From Hypanus sabinus (lineage: Eukaryota), in contig NC_082720.1 in assembly GCF_030144855.1 (NCBI RefSeq), forward strand, positions 57,536,001 to 57,600,000: 64,000 bases of DNA. Reading direction: 5' to 3'. Shown here in pieces: positions 51,196 to 62,041 of this stretch; within the stretch, counting starts at the first letter, position 1, and each line of letters opens with the position of its first letter. The notes below the pieces were generated by a model. That model ran no database searches and had not been told where the DNA came from. It was given only the letters and a program-made list of their open reading frames with translations. The position numbers were made by a program, and so were the translations under genes.

Positions 51196-53640
51196 ATGAG
51201 AGATAATATACTCTGGTTAGTAAAATATCAGCTCTTTTGCTGTTTGTTTGCCCGTTTGGATTTTGTTAGGGGGCAGATTCATTATTCTGTTCCCGAGGAA
51301 TTGCAACTGGGTGCCTTTGTTGGGAATATTACAATTGATTTGGGGTTAAATTTAAAGGAGCTGTCAGCTCGTAGATTGCGGGTGGCGCCCAGTCCGAGGA
51401 AACGGTATGTTGACGTTAATTTGGAGAAGGGGATTTTATTTGTGAATGAAAATATCGACCGGGAGCAACTTTGCGGGCCGAGCACCGAATGCGTTTTATC
51501 ATTTAACGTTGTGCTTGAAAATCCCCTCGGTCTGCACCAGGTGGAAGTGGAGATTCTCGATGTAAATGACAACGCTCCCAGTTTCCCCAACAGTCAGATT
51601 CGTCTGGAAATCTCAGAGATTATGGCACCGGGAGCGCGATTCCCCCTCGAGGCAGCGCACGATCCGGATATTGGAGCTAATTCCTTACAGACATATCAGC
51701 TCCTTCCCAATGAATATTTCATTCTTGACATAGAAGAACGTGATAGAATAGGAGCATTACCGTTGTTGGTTCTACAAAGGGGTTTGGACAGAGAAAAGAT
51801 ATCGACGCATCAGTTAACGCTACTTGCTGAAGACGGCGGAGTCCCCGTGAGGTCAAGCACTGCACAAATAATAATCATTGTAAAGGATACGAATGACAAC
51901 TCTCCTGTTTTCTCGCAGTCGGTTTATAAGGTCAATACGTTAGAATCGGCTCCCATGGGAACGCTGATTATCACGCTAAACGCCACTGATTTGGACGATG
52001 GTACGAATGGAGAGATTACATATGCCCTCAGCAGCCATAATTCAGCTGAGGTCCGTGCGTTAGTACGTGTGAATTCCAAAACCGGTGAAATTAGACTGCA
52101 AGATCACTTGGACTATGAAAAAAGAAAGACTTTTGTAATCAATATTCAAGCAGTGGATAATGGTCAACCCGCAATGTCTCGGCGCTGCGATGTGCTGGTG
52201 GATTTAATCGATGTGAATGACAACGCACCTGAACTTACGGTGACATCTTTGTCAAATGCCGTGCCAGAAAATGCCCCAGTGGGAACTATTGTCGCCCTTC
52301 TTAATGCAGAAGATAAAGATTCTGGGCACAATAGACAAGTGCAATGTCAAATTCCGAATAAACTTCCCTTTAAGTTAGATTCCCCCGTGAAGAATAATTG
52401 GAAACTGCTGATACAGCATGAACTGGATCGCGAAACTATCTCTAGGTATGACATCACTGTAACTTGCATGGACACAGGGAACCCTCCCCTCACCTCTAAG
52501 GAAACTATCCATGTGGAAGTTTCAGATGTAAATGATAATGTCCCAAGTTTTACACAGCCTAGATACACGGCAAATATTATGGAGAACAATGTTGTTGGGG
52601 ATTCCATATTCTCTCTGACAGCCTTCGATCCAGATACTGGGCAGAACGCCCGACTGAAATTTAGTATTATGAATTTATCCGTAGCCTCGTATGTCTCCAT
52701 CAATTCAAAGAGTGGTGTCATCTTTGCGCAGAGATCGTTCGATTACGAGAGATTGAAAAACTTCCAGATCCAAGTTCAGGTGCAGGACTCTGGAGTCCCA
52801 GCCCTCACCAGTAACGTCACAATTGATGTTGTTATCCTTGATCAAAACGATAATACCCCAGTGATTGTGCATCCTTTACCTGAGTTTGGGTCAACAGTAA
52901 TGGAGACAATATCCAGGTTTGCTGAACCTGGATACCTCGTGGTCAAAGTATCAGCCACGGACGCCGACGCTGGTCAGAATGCCCGTCTGTCTTACCACAT
53001 ATTTCAGGCTACCCATCGCGATTTGTTTACTATTTCAACGGACACTGGTGAGGTTTGGACTATCCGTGGTATACAAAGTAAGGATGCTTCTAAACAGCGA
53101 CTGGTGATTGTTGTAAAAGATAATGGAAGGCCCTCACTATCGGCCACAGTAACCATAGTAATATCTTTGGCAGGGGGCGAAACGATCACCAGTGCTACCA
53201 GTTTAAGTAAAGATCATGAGTTCTTCCCTGATCTGAACCTTTATTTGGTCATAACATTAGGGACAATATCTGTAATTTTTCTAGTAATTTTAATTATCCT
53301 TGCTATCAATGCTTATAACAGAAACGGAATAAGATGCCATTACAGCTCTCCGAATATCTGTTGCTGTTGGAAAACAAGAAATTTCCTAAATGGAACTCAA
53401 AAGGCCAGTAGAAGCCTTCATATACCACCAAACTATATTGAAGTATTTGGAGGTGATCCACTTTCTCAGAGCTTCCGTTACGAGTCGTGTTCAACGTTGC
53501 ATTCCGTAAAGAAAGAACTCACGGCCCCACACAAACGTGGACCACCTGCAGAAAATTCCTACGCAAAGCAAGCAACTCTAGCTAAAGAAAGTGCAGGAAT
53601 GGTAAGTTCTGAAATCTACAGCTGCAATACAAGTAACGAG
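51196..53640 (+). CDS. Clustered protocadherin variable exon V7 (group B)
   Basis: ORF 51196-53673. Donor GAG|GTGAGT at 53640/53641, plus a second in-frame candidate donor ATG|GTAAGT at 53601/53602. Confidence 0.95.
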
Positions 53641-53917
53641 GTGAGTTACTTCGCAAAAGAAAATAGTTTTTGAAGCCATTCCATTTAATGAGACGAATTT
53701 AATTTCTACATCAAAATGTCTTTGTGCGTATTGATTTCGATCCTCATATCTATTTGCTATCTATTGCTTTCTATCCTATTTTTTTCAGGATTTTGTAGAT
53801 CCAATGACTGCGACACCAGTTTCTGGAATCCCACGTGATTCTCTTTCGCCTGTCTATCCTTTTTAAATTTTATCGAAATTCTCGTGGGTTGTCTGTATTT
53901 GATGCGCAATATTTTTG

Positions 53918-55000
53918 AATAATAATAACGTTATTTATGGAACAATTTTCATACACAGGACGTAGTTGAATCTGCTTTACAATGGGTTGTAAGTATAAAC
54001 AGGGAAATAAATTGAAAATAGAAGAAAAAAAAGTTTTTTGTTTTAAAAACTAAATAAATTTTCTTTCAGTTAGCATTTAAAAGTGTCTAATGAGTCTGCA
54101 TCGCTTATAATTTTAGGTATTGAATTCCACAGTTAAGAAGCATAGCTCAAGACAGCTAACCTGTCAATTATCTTTTGTGGAAGCTTTTTTAAATCTAAGA
54201 GATTGGCAGTAGAAGAATTAAGAGCTGGACCAGGATTATAAAGCGAAGACAATTTTGCGATGTTCACCGGTTCTAGACCATTAAGAACATTAAAAACAAG
54301 ACAGAGAACTTTAAAATCACTACTATAAAGTACAGAAAGCCAATACAGAGTAGCCAGTACAGTAGTAATATGTTCCCTCATCTTGGATTTGGCATTAAAG
54401 TATAACAGCAGCGTTCTAAATATTTTGAAGTCAGGTAATAGATTGTTTTGGAAGAACAGCATTGCTGTAATCTAGTCAGTTTGATATAAAGGCGTGAATT
54501 AACTTTTCAGAATCATTGCGTGACAGAAGTGAACGTACCTTTGCAATATTTCTTAAGTGTGGAAATGCTGCTCTGGTCACTTTCTTTATGCGGGATTTAA
54601 AATTCAAATCTGAATCAAGGATAACACAATGGCGTGTTACTTCTGAATTTACAAGGGGAGCCAAATTTATCAGGAAGTTTATCTCTTTTGAATTTGAGAA
54701 CAACCAATGGCATTTCAGTTATATCTTCAATTATCTTCATTTTATTTTAGGAAATTGGAGCTTATCCATTGTTTTTATTGCAACTACATCAGAAGTCAAA
54801 GAAAATAGGATGTTATCATCAGGCTCAGTTGTGTATCATCTGCATAACTGTGGAAATCAATATTATGCTCTCTAATTATGTCTCTGAAGGCCAGTATATA
54901 TAAGGCGAAGAGTAAGGGACTAAGACTGCTTCCCCGAGTAACACCAAAAGGTACACTTTGTCTCTTAGAAAATTTGGCTACAAGACAAAAGCAAACAAAA
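53918..55000 (-). mobile_element. L2-type LINE RT fragment
   Basis: Minus-strand [45 protein letters not shown] and HITTVLATLYWL. A (TAA)n tail lies at 53918-53928. Confidence 0.88.
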
Positions 55001-55412
55001 ATTTTAAGATATATGATCATAACCAATTAAGGGCACTAAGAGACCAATCCATTCCTCAAGACAATCCAAGAGAGTGCTATAGTCATTTTTTTCGAAGGCA
55101 GCACTTCGATCTGGAAGAATTAGAACTGAGATTCTGTTGGCAACACTGCTGAACCAAAGGTCTCCGACGGCTTCAGTATAGGTTGTCTCAATGCTGTGGG
55201 TTGCTCAAATCCTGACTGAATTTTTTCTCTCTTTCATAAAGTTGTTGAGTTGGTTGAGTTGAGAAATGACTTGCTCAAGAATCTTGTTTAGGAAGGGAAT
55301 ATTTGATAAAGGCCTGCAGTTAGCTGGTGCCTCACAATAGATGTTTGGCTTCTTAAATAGCGTTTTGACTGCCACTGTTCAAAGGCATGTGGAAAAACAT
55401 CAGTTTCAATTG

Positions 55413-56040
55413 ATAGAAACATAGAAACATAGAAAACTACAGCACAATACAAGCCCTTCGGCCCACAAAGTTGGGCCGAGAATGTCCCTACCTGAGAAAT
55501 TACTATGCTTACCAATAACCTCATTTTTTAAGCACCATGTACCTATCCAAAGGTCTCTTAAAAGACCAGATTGTATCCGCCTCCACCACCGTTGCCGGCA
55601 GCCCATTCCACGCACTCACCACTCTCTGAGTAAAAAAACTTACCCCTGATATCTCCTCTGTACCTACTCCCCAGCCTCTTAAACCTGAAAACATGAGGAA
55701 ATCTGCAGATGCTGGAGATTCAAGCAACACACACAAAATGCTGGTGGAACGCAGCAGTCCAGGCGGCATCTATAGGGAGAAGTGCTGTCGACAGCGCATC
55801 TCCCTATAGATGCATCTTAAACCTGCGTCGTCGTGTGACAACCATTTCAGCCCTGGATAAAGTCTCAGACTATCCACATGATCAATGCCTCTCATCACCT
55901 TATACAACTCTATCAGGTCACCTGTCCTGATCCGGCGCTCCAAGGAGAAAAGGCCGAGTTCACTGAACCTATTGTCATAAGGCATATTCCTCAATCCAGG
56001 CAACATTTGTAAATCTCCTCTGCACCCTTTCTATGGTTTC
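55413..56040 (-). mobile_element. CR1-type LINE 3' fragment interrupted by a Penelope pLTR piece
   Basis: Minus-strand MLPGL..LGLFSLERR..GDLIELYK and FFTQRVVSAWNGLP; (tagaaaca)n tail. Confidence 0.9.
55688..55814 (-). mobile_element. Short Penelope pLTR insertion with a terminal 48-bp palindrome and 11-bp TSD
   Basis: TSD TCTTAAACCTG at 55677-55687 and 55815-55825. The body is reverse-complement homologous to 32288-32352. The palindrome 55766-55813 is centred on GTC|GAC. Confidence 0.8.
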
Positions 56041-56641
56041 CAAGGCTGACCAGAGACTTAATGCTAGACATCGTGGCATGCTGGTGTATATTTTACACAA
56101 AGTCAAAAGCATTAGCTTTTGCTTAGGAAAATACAATGGAGAGTATTGAATGAAGGGACTTTCACCAAATTTTGAATAGCTATAGAAAAAATCCGATTTA
56201 TTCGGCTATTTATTGTCCACAGAAACATATTTTACCTCATATAAATGAAAATGTTGTTAATGGATTCGTTTACATTATACACAGAGAGGTTAGTCATCTG
56301 GCAAAACAGTTGTGTTTTAATTTTTCCTTTGGTTTTGTGCACGGTGTGAGCGCGACAATTACATGAGAATTAATTAACAGGTGGTCATGACTATAAAAGC
56401 AAGATGAAACTGGACTCTGCATGTAATTTGATTATTTACAAGAGGAGACATGTGGTTGAATTTGATCGAGATTCCCATGGGTTTACCACATGTTAAGTTT
56501 TTTAAATTTTCACAACATAGTTTCAGAAACTACGATTCTGGAATGTAATTTTGACAGAAATCAAAATCATCTAGAATGCTAAAATAAATATCAATTGTGC
56601 ACCATTAAATGTAACAAACTGCGCTAAATTACGTAGTTCTG

Positions 56642-56772
56642 GCTTTAAGAAATGAGCTGTATTCTAATTGGTCAGATATGTATGCTGTATTATCGGCCAA
56701 TCAGAAGCTGAGATGTGACTGGTGATCCGCACGGCCCCCTTCAGTACCCAGCCGCCATCGCCTAAGATCAGA
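56642..56772 (+). promoter_or_regulatory. V8 promoter module
   Basis: GCTTTAAGAA 56642; ATTGG 56667; CCAAT 56697 (25-nt spacer); GTGATCC; GCCGCCATC; GATCAGA. Confidence 0.8.
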
Positions 56773-56980
56773 CGCCGTGAACACTGCAGAGTACGCAGCA
56801 TTGGAGGATTTAAACGCGGATCTTTTCGAATTGGAGAGAAAAAATAATAATATTTCGATGTAAGCAACAGTGTATAACAAAAGGTACGGACATTTTCTGC
56901 ATCGTATTTTCCCATTTATATAAATCGCTGTGAAAAGGCATTGTCTCGAGTCGAAACCATTGGAATGATTTCTCCTGGAA

Positions 56981-59449
56981 ATGAGAGATAATATAAACTG
57001 GCTAGTGAAATATCAAATATTTTACTGTTTGATCACCTCTTGGAATGTTGTTTGTGGCCACATTCGTTATTCTGTTCCCGAGGAATTGCAAATAGGTGCC
57101 TTTGTTGGAAATATCGCAATTGATTTGGGGTTAAATTTAAAGCAGCTGACGGCTCGCAGATTGCGGGTGGCGCCCAGTTCGAGGAAGCAGTATGTTGACG
57201 TTAATTTGGAGAACGGGATTATATTTGTGAATGGAAGAATCGACCGGGAGCAACTTTGCGGGCCGAGCACCGAATGTGTTTTGTCATTCAACGTTGTGCT
57301 TGAAAATCCCCTCGTCCTGCACCAGGTGGAAGTGGAGATTCTCGATGTAAATGACAACGCTCCCAGTTTTCCTAAAAGACAGATCCGCCTGGAAATCTCA
57401 GAGAGTAGGGCACCGGGAGCGCGATTCCACCTCGAGGCCGCGCATGATCCGGATATTGGAACTAACTCCTTACAGACATACAAGCTCCTTCCCAATGAAT
57501 ATTTCATTCTTGATGTGCAAGAACGAGAAAGGTTAGGAAAGCTACCAGTATTGGTGCTACTGAGGGCTTTGGACAGAGAAACGATATCTACCCATCAGTT
57601 ATCTCTGGTTGCCGAAGACGGTGGAGTCCCTGTGAGATCAGGGACGGTCCAGGTAACAATCAGAGTGAACGATGCGAATGACAACTCTCCTGTTTTCTCA
57701 CAGTCGGTTTATCAGGTGAATATGTTGGAATCGGCTCCCATAGGAACTCTGATTATCACGTTAAATGCCACTGATTTGGACGATGGTCCGAATGCAGAGA
57801 TAAAGTACGACCTTAGCAGCCATAATTCGGCTGAGATTCGTGCATTAGTAGGAGTGAATTCTAAATCTGGGGAAATCATACTGAAAGGGCAGTTGGACTA
57901 TGAAGAAAGACAATCTTTTGTAATTAATGTTCACGCAATCGATAGTGGGCATCTCCCAATACCCCAGTACTGCGATGTGTTGGTGGATGTAATCGACGTG
58001 AATGACAATGCCCCTGATCTTTTGGTGACATCCATGTCAAATGCTGTGGCAGAAAATACTCCAGTGGGAACTATTATCGGCCTTATCAGTGCAGAGGACA
58101 AGGATTCTGAGAGAAATGGTCAAGTGCAATGTCGAATTCCGAATGAACTTCCCTTTAAATTAAATTCCTCTATAAATAACAATTGGAAACTATTTATACA
58201 ACATGCATTGGATCGCGAAACTACCTCGAGGTATGACATTACTGTAATTTGCGCTGATACAGGGGATGCTCCTCTAACATCCAAGAAAACGATCAGCGTA
58301 GAAGTTTCAGATATAAATGACAACGCGCCAAGTTTTACGCAGTCTGTATACACGGCTAATATAATGGAAAACAACGATATTGGCGATTCGATATTCTCCC
58401 TGACAGCTTTCGATCCAGACTCGGGACAGAATTCCCTATTGAATTTTACTATCCTGAATTCACCAGTAGTCTCATATGTCTCCATCAACCCGCAGAGTGG
58501 TGTCATATTTGCTCGGAGGTCTTTTGACTACGAGATTTTGAAAAACTTCCAGATTCAAGTTCAGGTGCAGGACTCTGGAGTCCCAGCCCTCAGCAGTAAC
58601 GTTACAATTGATGTTGTTATCCTTGATCAGAACGATAATGCCCCAGTGATAGTGCATCCTTTACCGGAGTATGGGTCAACAGTAATGGAGACAATAAGCA
58701 GGTTCGCTGAACCTGGATACTTCCTTGTCAAGGTCTCCGCTACTGACGCTGACGCTGGTCTGAACGCCCGTCTATCTTATGACATTTTTCAGGCTACTCA
58801 TCGCGATCTCTTCACTGTTTCAGCAGGCACCGGTGAAGTTTGGAGTATCCGCGGTATTCAGAGTAAAGACGCTTCAAAACAAAGGCTGGTGATTGTTGTG
58901 AAAGATCATGGGACGCCCTCACTTTCAGCCACAGTAACCATAGTAATATCTGTGACTGGAGATGAAAAGATTTTCAGTGCCACCAGTTTAAATAAAGATC
59001 GCGAGATCTCTCCTGATGTGAACCTTTACTTACTCATGGCATTAGGGACAACGTCTATAATTTTTCTCGTAATTTTAATTATTCTTGCGATTATAGTTAA
59101 TAAAAGCAGAAGTGGAATGGGATGCCAATACTATTCTCTGGATACCTGTTGTTGTTTGGAAACAAGGAATTTCCTAAATGGGACTCAAAAAGCCAGTAGA
59201 AGTCTTCAAGTACCACGGAACTATGTTGAGGTATTCGGAGGTGATCCACTTTCTCAGAGTTTCCGTTACGAATCGTGTTCCACGCTGCACAGCGTGAAAA
59301 GAGACTACGCAACCTCACACAACTGCGCACAATCTGTAGTGATGCACAACGCGGAGAAAAGTACGATTGGGAAAGGAAATGGAGAAATGGTAAGTTTGCA
59401 AGCCTGGAACAGCAATTCAAAAGCGATCTACTGCGCAAAAGAAAAGTAA
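56981..59449 (+). CDS. Clustered protocadherin variable exon V8 (group B; ancestral donor mutated, probable exon end 59389)
   Basis: 822-aa ORF with six EC repeats and a TM helix. The position homologous to the paralog donor reads AAA|GCGATC (59422/59423). An in-frame ATG|GTAAGT lies at 59389/59390. Confidence 0.92.
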   Translation: MRDNINWLVKYQIFYCLITSWNVVCGHIRYSVPEELQIGAFVGNIAIDLGLNLKQLTARRLRVAPSSRKQYVDVNLENGIIFVNGRIDREQLCGPSTECVLSFNVVLENPLVLHQVEVEILDVNDNAPSFPKRQIRLEISESRAPGARFHLEAAHDPDIGTNSLQTYKLLPNEYFILDVQERERLGKLPVLVLLRALDRETISTHQLSLVAEDGGVPVRSGTVQVTIRVNDANDNSPVFSQSVYQVNMLESAPIGTLIITLNATDLDDGPNAEIKYDLSSHNSAEIRALVGVNSKSGEIILKGQLDYEERQSFVINVHAIDSGHLPIPQYCDVLVDVIDVNDNAPDLLVTSMSNAVAENTPVGTIIGLISAEDKDSERNGQVQCRIPNELPFKLNSSINNNWKLFIQHALDRETTSRYDITVICADTGDAPLTSKKTISVEVSDINDNAPSFTQSVYTANIMENNDIGDSIFSLTAFDPDSGQNSLLNFTILNSPVVSYVSINPQSGVIFARRSFDYEILKNFQIQVQVQDSGVPALSSNVTIDVVILDQNDNAPVIVHPLPEYGSTVMETISRFAEPGYFLVKVSATDADAGLNARLSYDIFQATHRDLFTVSAGTGEVWSIRGIQSKDASKQRLVIVVKDHGTPSLSATVTIVISVTGDEKIFSATSLNKDREISPDVNLYLLMALGTTSIIFLVILIILAIIVNKSRSGMGCQYYSLDTCCCLETRNFLNGTQKASRSLQVPRNYVEVFGGDPLSQSFRYESCSTLHSVKRDYATSHNCAQSVVMHNAEKSTIGKGNGEMVSLQAWNSNSKAIYCAKEK

Positions 59450-61697
59450 TTGTTTGGCCCATTTCTTTTGCGAAGTTGATCGCCTTATTATTTGAATTTC
59501 TACATGCTGACTGCGTATTATATTTTAAATAAGTTGAGAAAATCCAGGAGCATACATTTGGATGTGTTTGCGGCGAGCACTTCATTTGAAAACAGCCGTT
59601 TTCCCCATTTTGTTTCTTTTAGGTCACTTTGTATTTAAATTCTGAAGGTAGATAGCCATGTACCTATTGGGAAGCAGAAATAAAAATTAGCGTAATATAC
59701 TGCTGAAATTGCAGCAACATCTGTGAAGAGAGAACAAAGCGTCCACGATTGTATCTGATGACCCTAAGTGGCAGCTCGATGTAAGGTGAACAGTCTGGAA
59801 TGTTATATTTGCGTTTCTCTCCACAGTGTTGATTAACATAATGAACAGATTTCAAATTAACATATTTCAAATCGTTTTGGGGCACTATTTAGTATGTAAA
59901 TGATCGAATATAGTTTATCCACTGCCAGTAAACATAGAGCTTCGATCTGGACACTATCGGCCTCAGTATGTATTGTGGGAAGTACCTATTCAATCTGAAA
60001 GAGAATGTTTCAACAAATATCTGAGTATCTCCTTCCTAGTGGTGGAAGGGCACGAAGAGTGTTGAACGCGCACAGAAACTAGGGGCGTTCTCACTTCTGA
60101 CAGTGTATGATTGAACTCATTCACAATTTTCGGATGAACAGTAGTATATTGGACAATTTGGAGAAATGTCACCCGGTTATTCCAATGAATTCCGTGATGG
60201 ACTGAGTGAACAATTAGGTTGGTATGTACTGTTAAACAGGGTGGAGGCTTTGATTTGATGACGTTGAGTATTCTAGGTGTCGTTGCAGTTACCTATCCAG
60301 AGACAGATAACTGCAAGTGGCAGAAGACTAGAGGAACACCTAAATGCCAAACTTCTGGTGTCCTATCAAAATCATAGCATTTATGTATCTACTTTAATAA
60401 CTTGTAATAAATAATGAGGCCTTTGTGAATTCATTGCCGGCAGTATAACTTAATTCGTGGAGAAACGGTTGTCATACCTGTTGCCAGAGTGACTATGCCT
60501 AGTAATTCTGTTATTTTATAGGAATGGTTCTTAAGTCAAAGAAGCAACTTTATGTAGTTTGTTCCACGTGAGGAAGGACTGCATGCTTATCTGACGATCG
60601 TTGAATATAAATTAACATCGTGCGGTCAACAGTGAATATTCCCGCTCGTAATATTGTGCTAGTGTTTTCCGAAGTCTCTGAGATGGAAGAGAACGAAAGG
60701 TCCTTGGGAATTGTTGCAGGCATGGTTTGCGTAGGGGATCAGTATTCTGCAACTATCAAAGTCAGGATTTCTTATATGTCGGATATGTGAGTCAGATGCA
60801 GTGTTTCTCCCATCAATGTTCCCTTGAAATGCTGGAGAGACACCTTCATGAGGCTCCTGTTTTGATAAATCTCCCTGAATTTAATGTGTATAGCTTCCTA
60901 GAGTTAGATCCAGGATTGGTGAAGGAAATAAGATAAATAGCTCCCAGTAAAGTTAAAGGTAGAGCAGGGATAAAACCATAACTGATGAAATTTCTTGAGA
61001 GAATATAGACTTTCGAGTCAGTAGATTGGCATTGGGGAGATTATCTACTTTTATTCCTACAATAATTGCCATAGATTTCGTCTGATATGTGGAATGGAAG
61101 GCAATTCAATGGCAGACGTTATGGCATTCTAGTTTACAGTTTAAGCAAAGTCGCTCTGATTTGCTTTGGCTTCAGGAAAGACCATGAAGAATACTTGTAC
61201 ATAAAACCTTAAGTTATGAAATGTTATGGATGAAATCTACTCGCTATTTATTCTGGACAGCAGGAGTTTGAAACATGTTTCGTTATTCTAATGAAAATAT
61301 TATGGGTGTATTCGTTTAAAATGATGAAAAATTAAATTACTTGGCTTGGTAAAGCAGTTCCATTATTGTTCTTCTTTCAATTCTGTTCAAAAGGGGGAAC
61401 TGCAGTGCTTCATGACTATTAATTAACAGGAGGCCACGACCGTGAAACAATGAAAAAACAAATATACAAAGAGCATGCACTGCATGCTCGGTAAGAGAAT
61501 CTACTTTGCTGTGTTTGATCGTGTTTTTGAAGGCTTTTACTACAGTAATTTTTTAAGATATTCGTTGTATCTAATTTACTCAAACAACGATTCAGGAGCT
61601 AAATTTCTGCAAAAATCTGAATAATCTACAATACTGAAATTAATTTCAACTGTGCACTATTAAACGCAACAACGATGCGCCAAATAGAGCACCACTT

Positions 61698-61828
61698 GCT
61701 TTAAGAAATCAGCTGAATTCCAATTGGGCAGATATGACTGCTGCTTTCTCCGCCAATCAGAAGCTGAGATGTGACTGGAGATCCGCACAGCCCCCTTGAA
61801 TACCCAGCCGCCATCACGTAAGATCAGA
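61698..61828 (+). promoter_or_regulatory. V9 promoter module
   Basis: GCTTTAAGAA 61698; ATTGG 61723; CCAAT 61753 (25-nt spacer); GAGATCC; GCCGCCATC; GATCAGA. Confidence 0.8.
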
Positions 61829-62041
61829 CGCCATGAAAACTGAATAGCAGGCAGCACCGGAGGATTTATACACGATTCTTTTCGAATTAGAGAATAAAAA
61901 ACGACAACATTTCAATGGAAACAGTAGGGGAAATAACAAGAAGGTACGGATATTCTCTGATTCTCCATTTTACCATTTAAATAAATCGCTCTTATAAGGC
62001 ATTGTCTCGGATCGAAACTATAGGAATGATTTCTCTTGGAA

